A DNA stretch of 64,000 nt from Thermodesulfobacteriota bacterium (GCA_964291405.2 OZ219926.1:544001-608000), one strand, 5' to 3'; shown: positions 47,189 to 58,471, counted from the first letter of the stretch. Translations and numbers: made by a program. The notes: a model not told the origin generated them from the sequence alone.

Positions 47189-48375
47189 AGAGCATTTTCA
47201 CCAAGAAAGCTGGCCACGCTTTGGAGGTCTTTATCACCTCGACCAGAAACGTTAATCACCACGGTGGCCGTGGCTGGAAGTTGTGGGACGAGGTTCGCAG
47301 CATAGGCGACGGCATGGGCACTCTCCAAGGCAGGAATGATCCCCTCCGTCTCAGCCAAGAGCCGCATCCCCTCGACTGCTTGCGCGTCCTGGACCGTCAC
47401 ACAGCGAATGCGCTGCTGGTCATTCCAATAGCTCAATTCTGGTCCAACGCCTGGATAGTCCAACCCCGGCGCGAGCGAATGTGTTGTGGAAATCTGGCCG
47501 GTCTCGTCCTGGAGCACATACGTCTTGCTGCCGTGTAACACGCCAGCGTATCCGTTTGCCATTGAGGCTGCATTCCGGCCTGCACCGAGTCCCCCGGCCT
47601 CAACCGCAACCATGTGGACTGCGGTCTCGGGGAGAAAGGGAGCAAAGAGGCCCATCGCGTTGCTCCCACCCCCAACACAAGCGATGAGATAGTCAGGCAA
47701 ACGACCCTCGTGCTGCACGATCTGTTTTTTGGTCTCACGTCCAATAACGGACTGAAAGTCACGGACCAACATAGGATACGGATGCGGACCGGCGACTGTT
47801 CCGATGACATAAAAGGTATGCGCCACATGCGTAATCCAGTCACGCAAGGCTTCGTTCATCGCGTCTTTCAGGGTCTGGCTCCCAGAAACGACCTCTCGCA
47901 GCGTCGCCCCCAAAAGTCGCATACGAAAAACATTGGGCGCCTGGCGCACGGTATCTTCACGGCCCATAAAGACTTCACACGAGAACCCGAGGAGAGCCGC
48001 GACAGTCGCCGTTGCAACCCCATGTTGGCCAGCTCCGGTTTCGGCAATAAGTCGCTCTTTTCCCATGCGTTTTGCCAATAAGGCTTGACCAATGGTGTTG
48101 TTGATCTTATGCGCACCGGTATGACACAGATCTTCACGCTTGAGATAGACCTTTGCCCCCCCAAGCCGCTCGGTCAGGCGGGCGGCAAAGGTGAGCGGTG
48201 TCGGTCGGCCAATATATTCACGCTGGAGTGCGCGGAGTTCTCGCTTAAATGTCGAGTCTCTGCGGCATTGGTAATAGACCTCTTCGAGCTCAAGCAGAGC
48301 CGGCATCAGGGTCTCCGCTACATAGCGGCCGCCATAGAGACCAAAATGTCCATGTTTATCAGGCAGCTTTGGCAT
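47185..48375 (-). CDS. trpB: Tryptophan synthase beta chain
   Basis: [30 protein letters not shown] and GLDYPG motifs. Confidence 0.97.
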   Translation of the reverse strand: MPKLPDKHGHFGLYGGRYVAETLMPALLELEEVYYQCRRDSTFKRELRALQREYIGRPTPLTFAARLTERLGGAKVYLKREDLCHTGAHKINNTIGQALLAKRMGKERLIAETGAGQHGVATATVAALLGFSCEVFMGREDTVRQAPNVFRMRLLGATLREVVSGSQTLKDAMNEALRDWITHVAHTFYVIGTVAGPHPYPMLVRDFQSVIGRETKKQIVQHEGRLPDYLIACVGGGSNAMGLFAPFLPETAVHMVAVEAGGLGAGRNAASMANGYAGVLHGSKTYVLQDETGQISTTHSLAPGLDYPGVGPELSYWNDQQRIRCVTVQDAQAVEGMRLLAETEGIIPALESAHAVAYAANLVPQLPATATVVINVSGRGDKDLQSVASFLGENAL

Positions 48376-48982
48376 TGTTGATGAACGTGTGCAGTTTTTC
48401 TGCATCCTTCCGTCCGGGAGCCGACTCAACACCACTAGCGACATCGACGGCCCACGGCCGCACGGCCTCAACCGCAAGGGCTACATTCTCTGCATTGAGC
48501 CCCCCAGCCAAAATCGTCCGGTCCAAGGTCAATCGAGAGAGAGTCACAGCATGCCCCCAGGCGAAGGTCTCGCCCGTCCCTCCGTATCCGCGAGAACTAT
48601 ACGTGTCAAGGAGGAGGTAATCAGTCTGAATCCCTTCGAGTTGCTCAGGGAGAGAGGTCTCCGAGCCAACCCGAACCGCCTTGATAGTCGCAACCGACCA
48701 GTCCGTCAGAGCAGCAGCGTCCTCATCACCGTGAAACTGGACCGCGTCAAGAGAGAGCGCGCGAATATAGGCAGCGATACGCTCCCGCTCCGCATTGACA
48801 AAGACACCCACACAGCGAACATGCTGAGGCAGAACGCTCCGGATCGCTTTAGCAGTTGTCTCAGAAATACAGCGCGGGCTGGGCGGATAAAAGTTCAGGC
48901 CAATCAGATCGGCGCCAGCCCGCACGGCAAGCCGGGCATCAGCGACTGTCGTAATACCACAGATTTTGACGTGGACGGACAT
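48359..48982 (-). CDS. trpF: Phosphoribosylanthranilate isomerase
   Basis: VKICGIT, QFHGDE, GGTG, LAGGL and VDVASGVE motifs. Confidence 0.96.
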   Translation of the reverse strand: MSVHVKICGITTVADARLAVRAGADLIGLNFYPPSPRCISETTAKAIRSVLPQHVRCVGVFVNAERERIAAYIRALSLDAVQFHGDEDAAALTDWSVATIKAVRVGSETSLPEQLEGIQTDYLLLDTYSSRGYGGTGETFAWGHAVTLSRLTLDRTILAGGLNAENVALAVEAVRPWAVDVASGVESAPGRKDAEKLHTFINNAKAA

Positions 48983-48989
48983 GAGTAGG

Positions 48990-49772
48990 CTACGTGGGAT
49001 GTCCCAACAGCGAGCGGAGCGGCTCTCCAGGGTCTGGCGCTGCCATAAAGGTCTCACCAATTAAGAACGCCCGCACCCCCTGAGCCTCGAGTCGGTCTAA
49101 TTGATGCCGGGTTGACAGTCCGCTTTCAGACACCACCAGTACATCGGAGGGCAGATTTTGCACCAAACGTTCGGTGGTCTCAATCGTTGTATGGAAGGTA
49201 CGCAGATCCCGGTTGTTAATACCCAGCAGAGACACGCCTTGGGCCAGGGCGCGCTCACATTCCGCCTCATCATGCACTTCGACCAGACAGTCGATCCCCA
49301 GCGTTTGAGCCAGATGCATCAGATCGTGCAGCTGGGCGTCTTCGAGAATCGCGACAATTAAGAGAATAGCACTCGCTCCGGAGGCACGCGCTTCGTACAC
49401 TTGGTAGTCATCAAAGACGAAATCTTTTCTGAGGAGGGGGAGTGCGACCTGCTGGCGAATTTGTTTGAGGTACTCGAGGCTGCCCTGAAAAAATTTCTTT
49501 TCCGTAAGCACAGAGATAGCGGCTGCTCCCGAGGATTCATAGAGACGGGCGAGAGCAAGGGGATCAAAGTCTTGCCGGATCACACCCTTGGAGGGAGATG
49601 CCTTTTTTACCTCGGCAATAATCGTCCGTCCGTTCCAGGCAGACAAGGTCTGGAAAAGACCAGGCGGCTGAGAATGGAATAACGGCATGTCTTGAAGCTG
49701 GCCGAGCGATACCTGCTGTTTTTGGAGCGCGAGTTCCTCGCGTTTGTAGGCCACGATGTCGTCAAGAATCAT
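48990..49772 (-). CDS. trpC: Indole-3-glycerol phosphate synthase
   Basis: IAEVKKASPSKG, LRKDF, GINNRDL and VSESG motifs. Confidence 0.97.
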   Translation of the reverse strand: MILDDIVAYKREELALQKQQVSLGQLQDMPLFHSQPPGLFQTLSAWNGRTIIAEVKKASPSKGVIRQDFDPLALARLYESSGAAAISVLTEKKFFQGSLEYLKQIRQQVALPLLRKDFVFDDYQVYEARASGASAILLIVAILEDAQLHDLMHLAQTLGIDCLVEVHDEAECERALAQGVSLLGINNRDLRTFHTTIETTERLVQNLPSDVLVVSESGLSTRHQLDRLEAQGVRAFLIGETFMAAPDPGEPLRSLLGHPT

Positions 49773-50788
49773 ACCGTTTCCCTGTGTGTCAGCGGGATAA
49801 ACCGTTTCAGCGTCCGGGCCGCGTCTCCACTGTCAATCGTGGTCCTGGCAAGCACAATCCCATCTGCTAGTGAAGTAGTCGCATTTCCGGCATAGAGGGC
49901 TGCTCCAGCATTAAGCAAGACAACGTCTCGGTGGGGACCTGGGGTTCCAGCCAAGACTGACCGGATGATATCTGCCGATTCCTGGGCACTCGAGACCTGG
50001 AGGGCGGTTAACGGACGACACTGAAAACCGTAATCTGTCGGATTGATGTTATACGTCCGAACGCCCTGTGGTCCCCACTCAGCAACTTGCGTCGGACCGC
50101 TCAGCGACACCTCATCAAGTCCATCCTCTCCATGCACGACCAAGCCGTGCTGACAACCCAATCGTCCGAGTGCCGCAGCTAGCGGCTGAACCCAACGCTG
50201 GTCAAAGACGCCAATGAGTTGATATTGCGCTCCCGCCGGATTCGTGAGGGGTCCAAGGATATTGAAGATAGTCCGTATCCCAACTTCCCGACGTGGGCCA
50301 ACGGCATGGCGCATGGCTCGATGAAAGGCTGGAGCAAGTAGAAAACCGAAGCCGACTTCCCGCATACAATAGGCCACCTGCTGTGGCGACAGTTCAATAC
50401 GAGCACCGAGGGTTTCTAGGACATCGGCACCACCGACCGTTCCAGACATTGCCCGATTGCCATGTTTTGCCACGCATAAACCCGCGGCGGCAACCACAAA
50501 AGCAGCACAGGTCGAAATATTAAACGTATGGCAGCCGTCTCCCCCAGTGCCGCAGGTATCAATAACCGCGCGCCCCGGACGAACTGGCGTCGCCATAGCG
50601 CGCATAGCCCCAGCCGCTCCAGAGATCTCGGCGACGGTCTCACCCTTGATGTGGAGCGCGGTCAATAGGGCTCCAATCTGAGCTGGGGTGGCCTGTCCAT
50701 CCATCAGGTCGGTGATGACGGCATACATCTCTTCTTCCGTCAGATCTGCACCGGCAACCACGTGGGCGATGGCATCTTTGACCGTCAT
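49769..50788 (-). CDS. trpD: Anthranilate phosphoribosyltransferase
   Basis: DTCGTGGDG, NIST, KHGNR and FNILGPLTNP motifs. Confidence 0.97.
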   Translation of the reverse strand: MTVKDAIAHVVAGADLTEEEMYAVITDLMDGQATPAQIGALLTALHIKGETVAEISGAAGAMRAMATPVRPGRAVIDTCGTGGDGCHTFNISTCAAFVVAAAGLCVAKHGNRAMSGTVGGADVLETLGARIELSPQQVAYCMREVGFGFLLAPAFHRAMRHAVGPRREVGIRTIFNILGPLTNPAGAQYQLIGVFDQRWVQPLAAALGRLGCQHGLVVHGEDGLDEVSLSGPTQVAEWGPQGVRTYNINPTDYGFQCRPLTALQVSSAQESADIIRSVLAGTPGPHRDVVLLNAGAALYAGNATTSLADGIVLARTTIDSGDAARTLKRFIPLTHRETV

Positions 50789-50805
50789 GGATACAGCGCG
50801 AGGGG

Positions 50806-51450
50806 TTAATCTGAAACCAGGTAGGCCTGGGCGAATTTCTCTTCGCGTCGAAAGCGCGCAGCCACGCGTTGGGCCTCTTCTTGGGTAAATGTTCCGACGC
50901 GCAAACGATACAATGTTTCTCCGTTCTTTGTCAGCCTGTTGACGGAGGCCGTATAGCCTCTTTTGCGGAGTTCCGCGGCTAGTTGATGTGCCGTACTTCG
51001 ACTCTTTGTGACATGGACCTGAATGTTCCACCCACTCACAACCTGCTGCTCTTTTTGGCCTGGCGCTTTGCCTTCGCTTGGAGCAGATGCAGTCAGTGCG
51101 GTCTCTCGTTTTTTATTTTGCGGCGTCAGTGCTGGGTTCGGAGAAACGCTCTCTCCGACGGGCGGGGTTGAGGGCTTCGTCTGCGATTGGTTATTTTGAG
51201 TCTGTTTCTCTAAGGTCTTCCTTAAAGTCAGCGGAAAGGCCTGGGACGCGGGAATCGCAGTCTCGTTGTGGTCAGTATGCCCAACAGGAAAGCGTACGGT
51301 CCGCGTCTCCTGGGCAGTTTTATACGCCTGCACTTCTTTTCCGATATAGATCCCAAAAGCAAAGACAAGAAGAAAGCTCACCACGACACTCACACATACG
51401 ATACACCCCTCGGGGAGATTAAAGTAGAAGGCATATTGCCGAACAGCCAT
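50806..51450 (-). CDS. Membrane-anchored SPOR-domain protein (DedD/FtsN-like)
   Basis: N-terminal TM helix, P/Q/T-rich linker and C-terminal SPOR domain (W.IQV...A..L...L...G...YRLRVG.F). Confidence 0.8.
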   Translation of the reverse strand: MAVRQYAFYFNLPEGCIVCVSVVVSFLLVFAFGIYIGKEVQAYKTAQETRTVRFPVGHTDHNETAIPASQAFPLTLRKTLEKQTQNNQSQTKPSTPPVGESVSPNPALTPQNKKRETALTASAPSEGKAPGQKEQQVVSGWNIQVHVTKSRSTAHQLAAELRKRGYTASVNRLTKNGETLYRLRVGTFTQEEAQRVAARFRREEKFAQAYLVSD

Positions 51451-51500
51451 GGCGAGTCCTTCCTCCTATTTCCTCATATACACCTGACTTACCCGAGAGA

Positions 51501-51529
51501 ACGACAAAGGGGGAGCAACGCTCCCCCTT
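51501..51529 (-). terminator. Hairpin terminator downstream of rplQ
   Basis: Perfect inverted repeat AAGGGGGAGC-AAC-GCTCCCCCTT with a weak U tract. Confidence 0.65.
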
Positions 51530-51618
51530 CCCGACTCGTCCGATGAGGTGTGCGCTTCGAGGAGCTGTTCAGATTCTCGAATCACCCCGGCTGGCACCTC
51601 GACTCCCCGCCCTTACTT

Positions 51619-52014
51619 CTATGCGCTCCTAGCGCCTCCTCCGGTTGAGGGAGCACTTGACCGTTCCGTAAACTCGACAAGTGAGACCGGAGCAGCATCC
51701 CCACGGCGAGGACCTATCTTCAGCACCCGTGTATATCCACCCACCCGACCCTGAAAGCGCGGGGCAACCTCATCAAACAAACGTTGGACCAGTTTCCGGC
51801 TACCAAGATACGAGAAGGCAAGACGGCGCGCATGGACCGAATTCTTTTTTCCAAGGGTCACCAGACGGTCCGCCCAGCGGCGGAGTTCTTTGGCCTTCGC
51901 GTCAGTCGTTCGGACTTGTTCACGCAGCACCAACGCCTTCAATAAGTTCCGCAGTAGCGCCTTTCTGTGCGCTGCCGTGCGATTCAGTTTTCGCCCTGCT
52001 TTCAGATGTCGCAT
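51619..52014 (-). CDS. rplQ: 50S ribosomal protein L17
   Basis: MRH...[13 protein letters not shown] and GGYTR motifs. Confidence 0.98.
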   Translation of the reverse strand: MRHLKAGRKLNRTAAHRKALLRNLLKALVLREQVRTTDAKAKELRRWADRLVTLGKKNSVHARRLAFSYLGSRKLVQRLFDEVAPRFQGRVGGYTRVLKIGPRRGDAAPVSLVEFTERSSAPSTGGGARSA

Positions 52015-52047
52015 CGTCCTCGCTTCCCTGCTGCTCCGAGACTCTGG

Positions 52048-53067
52048 CTAAGCCAGATTGCCCTCGCGGGAGACTCGCATTCGATCCAACTCTTCCCGAG
52101 GGGGAAATGCTTCCAGATGCATTCCAAGCTCTAATCCCATCTCATGAAGTAATTCTTTAATCTCGTTGAGTGATTTCCGTCCGAAATTTTTCGTCTTAAG
52201 AAGTTCGGGTTCGGCCTTGACAACGAGTTCACCCACATAGCGGATATCTGCACTTTGGAGGCAATTGGCAGAACGAACCGAAAGTGCCAGTTCTTCAATG
52301 GGTCGAAAAAGATTTTCATTCGTCGGTGACTGGTCTTCCTGTCCCGGACGCTCTTCTTGGCTGTCGATCTCTTCTGTCGTACCAGAAAAAATCGAGAGCT
52401 GATCCTGAGCGATCCGTGCGGCCTCGGCTACCGCTTCTTTCGGCTCAATGCTGCCATCGGTCCATATTTCAAGCGCCAGCCTTTCGTAGTCCGTCCGCTG
52501 GCCAACACGTGCGTTAGTTATGGTCACATTGACCTTTCGAACAGGAGAAAACACCGCATCAAGGGGAATTGTGCCAACGGGGCTCTCTTCAGACTGATTC
52601 CGGTCAGCCGCCATATACCCACGCCCTGTGCGAATCTCGGCTTCAACTTCGAGCTTTCCGTCTTTGCTCAGTTTCGCAACATGGGCCTCTGGATTGAGAA
52701 TGTCAACCTGAGGACCCACGACCAAATCACCAGCGCTCACACTCTTTGCACCATTGACCCTCAGGGTGGCCGTTTCCATATCGCTGTCGTGGAGACGGAA
52801 TCGGACTTCTTTCAGGTTCAGAAGGATATCTGTGACATCTTCCGTGACACCGGGAATCGTCGAGAATTCGTGCACAACGTCTTGAATCCTGACCTTGGTG
52901 ATGGCCGCCCCAGGCAAGGAGGAGAGAAGAATTCGCCTCAGGGCATTGCCCAACGTTGTCCCGAATCCACGCTCGAAGGGCTCGCCGATAAAGCGGCCAT
53001 ATGTGGGGGTCAGGGTTTTGTCTTCAACATCGAGTGTCTTGGGCTTGATGAGATCACTCTCCTGCAT
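52048..53067 (-). CDS. rpoA: RNA polymerase alpha subunit
   Basis: EPFERGFGTTLGNALRRILLSS and alpha-CTD SVRSANCL..NFGRKSL. Confidence 0.98.
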   Translation of the reverse strand: MQESDLIKPKTLDVEDKTLTPTYGRFIGEPFERGFGTTLGNALRRILLSSLPGAAITKVRIQDVVHEFSTIPGVTEDVTDILLNLKEVRFRLHDSDMETATLRVNGAKSVSAGDLVVGPQVDILNPEAHVAKLSKDGKLEVEAEIRTGRGYMAADRNQSEESPVGTIPLDAVFSPVRKVNVTITNARVGQRTDYERLALEIWTDGSIEPKEAVAEAARIAQDQLSIFSGTTEEIDSQEERPGQEDQSPTNENLFRPIEELALSVRSANCLQSADIRYVGELVVKAEPELLKTKNFGRKSLNEIKELLHEMGLELGMHLEAFPPREELDRMRVSREGNLA

Positions 53068-53128
53068 GCTGCTCCCTCTTTCGTCCTGCATCCATGCCTA
53101 ATACGGTCCGCCACGCCAATCTATTGCG

Positions 53129-53761
53129 CTAGACTTTCGAGTATAGCTCAACAATAAGCTGTTCGTTGATAGGCAAGGTGATCTCCGACCGAGCCGGTAG
53201 GGCACGGACTTTTCCAGAAAAAGAATCCGTTTGGACCTCAAGCCATTCTGGCACTCCACGTCGCTGGGCAAGCTCGACGGATTCTTGGATACGGGTAATT
53301 TTTCGGCTCGGCTCGCGTACTTGCACCTCGTCTCCGGCCTTGACGCAGTACGATGGAATCGTCACTCTTCGTCCGTTGACGTGAAAATGGCCATGGCGTA
53401 TCAACTGGCGAGCCTCTGAGCGTGAGGTCGCGAATCCCATCCGGTATACCATATTATCGAGACGACTCTCGAGAAGAATCAAAAGATTTTCCCCGGTGAT
53501 TCCACGTTGGCGCTCGGCCCGCGCGAAAAGACGCCGGAACGGCCCCTCAAGCGTCCCATAGATACGTTTCAGCTTCTGTTTCTCTCGCAACTGAACGCTG
53601 TATTCGGTCGCCTTTCTTCCTCTCCCTTGGCCGTGCTGTCCCGGCGGATAGCTTCTTCTCTCAATTGCACATTTATCCGTGTAACACCGTTCGCCTTTCA
53701 GAAAGAGTTTCAACCCCTCTCGACGGCAGAGACGGCAGGATGGGCCTCGATAGCGTGCCAC
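53129..53761 (-). CDS. rpsD: 30S ribosomal protein S4
   Basis: [20 protein letters not shown] and LESRLDN motifs. Confidence 0.98.
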   Translation of the reverse strand: MARYRGPSCRLCRREGLKLFLKGERCYTDKCAIERRSYPPGQHGQGRGRKATEYSVQLREKQKLKRIYGTLEGPFRRLFARAERQRGITGENLLILLESRLDNMVYRMGFATSRSEARQLIRHGHFHVNGRRVTIPSYCVKAGDEVQVREPSRKITRIQESVELAQRRGVPEWLEVQTDSFSGKVRALPARSEITLPINEQLIVELYSKV

Positions 53762-53808
53762 AAAAACCTCCTGATCTGTATCAGCTCCCAGCTCGTACAC
53801 TCGGTCTC

Positions 53809-54207
53809 TTAGACCCTGCGACGCTTGGGCGGACGACAGCCGTTGTGAGGGATAGGCGTGACGTCCCGGATAAGACTCACCGCAAACCCGGCGGACTGCA
53901 AGGCTCGCAGAGCAGATTCTCTCCCAGCACCAGGCCCCTTTACATGCACCTGAACCGAGCGCATACCGGCATCAGCCGCTTTACGCGCCGCGCTCTCCGC
54001 CGCCATTTGGGCAGCAAACGGCGTGCCCTTCCGAGACCCCTTCAGGCCTACACTTCCCGCGCTCGCCCAGGCCACAGTATTTCCTTGCGGGTCGGCAATG
54101 GTCACGATGGTATTATTGAAGGTCGAATAGATATTCACCACGCCTTCTGGAATGTTTTTCCGAATTTTCTTCTTCCGTGAGACAGACCGCCTCGCAGCTT
54201 TTGCCAT
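53809..54207 (-). CDS. rpsK: 30S ribosomal protein S11
   Basis: STFNNT and [18 protein letters not shown] motifs. Confidence 0.98.
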   Translation of the reverse strand: MAKAARRSVSRKKKIRKNIPEGVVNIYSTFNNTIVTIADPQGNTVAWASAGSVGLKGSRKGTPFAAQMAAESAARKAADAGMRSVQVHVKGPGAGRESALRALQSAGFAVSLIRDVTPIPHNGCRPPKRRRV

Positions 54208-54234
54208 ACAGTGCCCCTCTCCTCACGCCGTCCA

Positions 54235-54618
54235 CTATTTAGGAGTAGGCGCGACTTTCTTTCCGGCAACGGTCCGTCTCGGTCCCTTACGCGTCCGAGA
54301 ATTATTTTTTGTCTTTTGACCACGGACCGGCAGATTTCGGCGGTGTCGGAGGCCCCGGTAGGCCCCAATGTCAATATAATGTTTAATATGACTCGCAACA
54401 TCGCGCCTGAGGTCTCCCTCGACACGGTGGTCTTGATCGATAGCCCGCCGGATATTTACGATCTCATCATCCGCCAGCGCGTCAGAATTGGCGTCTGGGT
54501 CAACTCCCGCCTCGGCCAGAATTTTGAGGGCGGTGACCCGTCCGATCCCATAGATATAGGTGAGACCGATGCCGATTTTCTTGTTCCGGGGTAATTCGAT
54601 ACCCGCAATCCGTGCCAT
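54235..54618 (-). CDS. rpsM: 30S ribosomal protein S13
   Basis: MARIAG, IYGIG and RGLRHR..LPVRGQ motifs. Confidence 0.98.
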   Translation of the reverse strand: MARIAGIELPRNKKIGIGLTYIYGIGRVTALKILAEAGVDPDANSDALADDEIVNIRRAIDQDHRVEGDLRRDVASHIKHYIDIGAYRGLRHRRNLPVRGQKTKNNSRTRKGPRRTVAGKKVAPTPK

Positions 54619-54660
54619 ACGCCTTCTCCACTCTTATTTTCGTCCGCGTAGGGAAAACAC

Positions 54661-54774
54661 CTAGCCCTGTCGCTGCTTGTGTCGCGGGTTCTCACAGATG
54701 ACCCGTACAATGCCCCTGCGTTTAATAACCTTACACTTTCGACACATTGGTTTCACAGAAGCCCGAACCTTCAT
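54661..54774 (-). CDS. rpmJ: 50S ribosomal protein L36 (not in the ORF track)
   Basis: Manual translation gives [37 protein letters not shown]. Confidence 0.97.
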   Translation of the reverse strand: MKVRASVKPMCRKCKVIKRRGIVRVICENPRHKQRQG

Positions 54775-54830
54775 GCCAACCTCATTTCCATTCTTACCTA
54801 AAAACGGTTCCGTGTATGAACACTTTTCTC

Positions 54831-55598
54831 TTACATGCTACTGAGCACCACTGGTCCATCTGCCATGATCGCAACCGAATGCTCGAAGTGCGCTGAGAGA
54901 CTGCCGTCTTTTGTCACAGCAGTCCACCCGTCCTCTAGCATGGCGACCTCCGGAGCGCCTATGTTCACCATGGGCTCAATCGCGATGACCATTCCTTCGC
55001 GCAAGCGGACACCTCGGTTCCGCATGCCATAATTGGGGACAGGCGGATCTTCATGCAGCCTACGACCAACCCCATGTCCAACAAATTCTCGCACAACAGA
55101 GAAGCCATCTCGCTCGACACACTCCTGAACTGCGGCAGATATATCGCCAAGACGGTTGCCAATACAGGCGTGGCCTATTCCTGCTTCAAGGGCGACGGCA
55201 GTCGTCTCTAAAAGCTGCTGAACAGACCGGCCAACCTCTCCAACCGCAAAAGACACTGCGGCGTCACCATAAAATTCATCATACACTACACCAAAATCCA
55301 GGCTGACAATATCCCCGTCTTGAATGATCCGCTGGTGAGAGGGGATACCGTGGACGACTTCGTTATTCAAAGAGATACAAATATGGGCCGGGAACGGAAC
55401 AGAACCGTTCCGAATCGTATACCCTTTAAACGCGGTTTGAGCCTTCTTTTTTGCAATCCATTCTTCCGCAATACCATCAAGCTCTCCGGTTGAGATGCCT
55501 GGCCGAACACGCTGCCGCAGTTCGCTCAGGATTTCCGCAACAATGCGATTCGCAGTCCGCATTGTCTCTATCTCTTCAAGGGATTTCAGAAAAATCAT
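54831..55598 (-). CDS. map: Methionine aminopeptidase type I
   Basis: VVHGIP, GHGVG..LHEDP, IEPM and SAHFEH motifs. Confidence 0.97.
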   Translation of the reverse strand: MIFLKSLEEIETMRTANRIVAEILSELRQRVRPGISTGELDGIAEEWIAKKKAQTAFKGYTIRNGSVPFPAHICISLNNEVVHGIPSHQRIIQDGDIVSLDFGVVYDEFYGDAAVSFAVGEVGRSVQQLLETTAVALEAGIGHACIGNRLGDISAAVQECVERDGFSVVREFVGHGVGRRLHEDPPVPNYGMRNRGVRLREGMVIAIEPMVNIGAPEVAMLEDGWTAVTKDGSLSAHFEHSVAIMADGPVVLSSM

Positions 55599-55623
55599 CG
55601 GTGAGAAAATCGGACAGCGTCCT

Positions 55624-56934
55624 CTACCCTCGTCGCCCTCTGATGCGCCCGCGCTTCATGAAGCCTTCATAGTTTCTCATGATGAGCTGTGTTTCAATCT
55701 GCGCTACTGTGTCCAAAGCGACGCCGACGACAATAAGCAGCGCCGTTCCCCCAAAGAAAAATGGTACATTAAAAGACCCTACCAGAAGATTAGGCAAAAC
55801 ACAGACAATGGAGACATAAATTGCTCCCGTCAACGTTATCCGACTTAAGACCCGATCGATATAGTCCGCTGTGCGTTGCCCAGGACGGATACCAGGAATA
55901 AATCCGCCATTCTTTTTCATATTGTCGGCAACATCAGTAGGGTTGAAGACAACAGCAGTATAAAAATAACAGAAGAAGATAATCATCGCGACATAGCTGA
56001 CGTTATAGATCGACCCGCCCGGCGTCAAAACATTCGCAACGGTTTGAGCCCACGGATGGTCGGCAAAGCCGGCGATAGTCGCCGGAAAAATCAAGACTGA
56101 GGAGGCGAAAATCGGGGGAATAACTCCAGCGGTGTTCACTTTCAGTGGCAGATGAGAACTTTGCCCACCATAGACTCTTCGACCTATAACCCGCTTTGCA
56201 TACTGCACCGGAATGCGGCGCTGCCCGCGCTCCATGAAAATCACTGCGGCAACGATGGCCACCATGCCGACTAACAGGAGCAGTAATAAAAGGATGCTTA
56301 ATTCACCCTCTCGAACAAACTCCGTCGTTGCGGTCACCGCTGAGGGAATACTGGCGACAATACCAGCGAATATGATGAGAGAAATGCCATTGCCAACGCC
56401 ACGCTCGGTAATCTGTTCGCCTAACCACATAATAAAAGCAGTACCGGCGGCCAGCGTAATCATCGTCATGAGACGAAATCCCCAGCCTGGATTAAAAACA
56501 ACTAAGCTTCCGCCAGGTGCCTGAATCTGTTCGAGTCCGATGCTGATAAACAGCCCTTGGAGAAGAGCTAAACCAACAGTGCTGTAGCGGGTGTACTGGG
56601 TAATCTTACGCCGGCCTTGCTCCCCTTCTTTTGACAAGCGCTCAAGGGTTGGGACCACGACGGTCAGAAGTTGGAAGATAATGGAGGCACTAATATAGGG
56701 CATAATGCCCAGGGCAAAGATAGAGAAACGCTCAAGGGCACCACCAGAAAAGAGGTTCACTAAGCCAAAAACAGTGCTGGCCGCTTGCTCGAAGAACGCC
56801 GCAAGCGCCTCTCCATCAATACCTGGAGTTGGTATCGCTACGCCGATTCGGTAGACGGCGAGCAAGGCAAAGGTAAAGAGGAGCCGGCGGCGCAGGTCTG
56901 ATATCTTTGTCGCGTTTTGTAAGCCTTCGAACAT
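55624..56934 (-). CDS. secY: Preprotein translocase subunit SecY
   Basis: SIFALGIMPYISASI, WLGEQIT..GVGNG.S and GVIPPIFAS motifs. Confidence 0.98.
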   Translation of the reverse strand: MFEGLQNATKISDLRRRLLFTFALLAVYRIGVAIPTPGIDGEALAAFFEQAASTVFGLVNLFSGGALERFSIFALGIMPYISASIIFQLLTVVVPTLERLSKEGEQGRRKITQYTRYSTVGLALLQGLFISIGLEQIQAPGGSLVVFNPGWGFRLMTMITLAAGTAFIMWLGEQITERGVGNGISLIIFAGIVASIPSAVTATTEFVREGELSILLLLLLLVGMVAIVAAVIFMERGQRRIPVQYAKRVIGRRVYGGQSSHLPLKVNTAGVIPPIFASSVLIFPATIAGFADHPWAQTVANVLTPGGSIYNVSYVAMIIFFCYFYTAVVFNPTDVADNMKKNGGFIPGIRPGQRTADYIDRVLSRITLTGAIYVSIVCVLPNLLVGSFNVPFFFGGTALLIVVGVALDTVAQIETQLIMRNYEGFMKRGRIRGRRG

Positions 56935-56936
56935 GA

Positions 56937-57383
56937 CTACCCGACCTCGGCTGTCCCCCCCAGCGCAGTAATCTTTTCACGCGCTTGCGCACTAAAGGCA
57001 TGGGCTCTTACAGTCAGGGCCTTTGTCAGTTCCCCCTTTGCCAATATTTTGACTTTACACTTACGACCACTCACGAGACCAGACTGGCGAAACACATCAA
57101 GGTCAACGACGCTACCGACCTCAAAGCGCTCCAGACTTCCAATGTTAATAATGGTGTATTCTTGTCGAAATGGATTGTGAAATCCTCGTTTGGGCAGCCT
57201 GCGGGAGAGCGGCATTTGTCCACCTTCATAGCCAGGTGGAATATTGCCACCGGAGCGCGCGCCGCTTCCTTTATGCCCGCGACCTGCTGTTTTGCCGAGT
57301 CCAGAGCCTGGACCGCGGCCGACCCGCTTTCGTTTTTTCATCGACCCGGGGGCGGGCCGTAAGTGACTAAGATCCATTCTCAC
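56937..57383 (-). CDS. rplO: 50S ribosomal protein L15
   Basis: RVGRG.GSG.GKT.GRGHKG and EGGQMPL..RLPKRGF motifs. Confidence 0.98.
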   Translation of the reverse strand: MRMDLSHLRPAPGSMKKRKRVGRGPGSGLGKTAGRGHKGSGARSGGNIPPGYEGGQMPLSRRLPKRGFHNPFRQEYTIINIGSLERFEVGSVVDLDVFRQSGLVSGRKCKVKILAKGELTKALTVRAHAFSAQAREKITALGGTAEVG

Positions 57384-57570
57384 GCACCTCGATAAGATGA
57401 GATACTCGATTCACCATCCCTTGGAGTGAGGGCGAATCGTTTCGCAGCACGGTCTTCCCAACGCGGGAGAGGCCAAGGCCACGTAAGGTCTCGCGCTGGC
57501 GCCGCGTGCCCCCAATGGCACTTCGCTTCAAGGTGATGGCTAAGACCTGCCCTTTTCCTGCGTCGGCCAT
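57367..57570 (-). CDS. rpmD: 50S ribosomal protein L30
   Basis: ITLKRS.IG...TL.GLGL motif and position between rpsE and rplO. Confidence 0.95.
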   Translation of the reverse strand: MADAGKGQVLAITLKRSAIGGTRRQRETLRGLGLSRVGKTVLRNDSPSLQGMVNRVSHLIEVRENGS

Positions 57571-57573
57571 GCC

Positions 57574-58092
57574 TTATCCTTTCATACTCAGCGCGGGTTT
57601 CCCCCTCCGCTCGGCAACCTGCTCCGGACCGTCCAGACTCTCCAGGGCAGCCAGTGTCGCCTTTACAGAGTTATGCGGATTCGTCGATCCGAGACATTTT
57701 GTGAGTGCGTTCCGTACGCCAGCCAATTCCATAACGATACGCACACCGCCACCCGCTATGAGGCCGGTACCGGCTGCGGCGGGTTTGAGCAACACCTTGC
57801 CCGCACCGTGCCGACCAATAACCGCGTAGGGTAACGTATCTTCGACGAGCGGAACGCGAATCAAAGACTTCTTCGCGTGCTCAACGCCTTTCCGGATGGC
57901 TTCTGGAACTTCGTGGGCCTTCCCCAAGCCGTAGCCAACATGTCCCGCACCATCCCCAGCCACAACAACAGCGCTAAAACTGAAACGGCGTCCACCCTTG
58001 ACCACTTTACTCACACGATTAATATGAACGACCTTCTCTTGAATATCGAGTTCGTCAGGATTAATCCGATCATCGTCAGTCGCCACAGGCAT
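57574..58092 (-). CDS. rpsE: 30S ribosomal protein S5
   Basis: [16 protein letters not shown] motif. Confidence 0.98.
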   Translation of the reverse strand: MPVATDDDRINPDELDIQEKVVHINRVSKVVKGGRRFSFSAVVVAGDGAGHVGYGLGKAHEVPEAIRKGVEHAKKSLIRVPLVEDTLPYAVIGRHGAGKVLLKPAAAGTGLIAGGGVRIVMELAGVRNALTKCLGSTNPHNSVKATLAALESLDGPEQVAERRGKPALSMKG

Positions 58093-58097
58093 ACTCC

Positions 58098-58469
58098 CTA
58101 GAGTTGTAGGCCAGCCTCGCGCGCCGCATCAGCGACCGCGCGGACCTGTCCATGAAAGAGGAATCCGTTCCGATCAAAAACGACGGTCTGTATCCCCTGC
58201 TCTTGACACTTTTTCGCAATGAGCTGCCCCACTTCTTTTGCCGCAGAGATCGTCGCCGCTTTTTGCTGCATCCGTTCCTTGAGGTCTGCCGAAAGGGTTG
58301 AGACGGACGCTAGAGACTGACCACTCTCATCAGAGATTACTTGGGCATAGAGATGCTTATTGCTGCGGTAGATGCATAAGCGCGGCCGGCTGTCCGTCCC
58401 ACGCACTTTCCGTCTGATCCGCTTTCGACGGAGCAGGCGGCTCCGTTCACGAGGGTTCGTCCCGACCAT
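58098..58469 (-). CDS. rplR: 50S ribosomal protein L18
   Basis: RPRL..RSNKH.YAQ and VFDRNG motifs. Confidence 0.97.
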   Translation of the reverse strand: MVGTNPRERSRLLRRKRIRRKVRGTDSRPRLCIYRSNKHLYAQVISDESGQSLASVSTLSADLKERMQQKAATISAAKEVGQLIAKKCQEQGIQTVVFDRNGFLFHGQVRAVADAAREAGLQL

Positions 58470-58471
58470 TC

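Noticed and set aside
51536-51605. Hammerhead-ribozyme-like CCGATGAG...CTCGAC
   Set aside because: The core deviates from CUGAUGA and lacks the GAAA and stem III elements.
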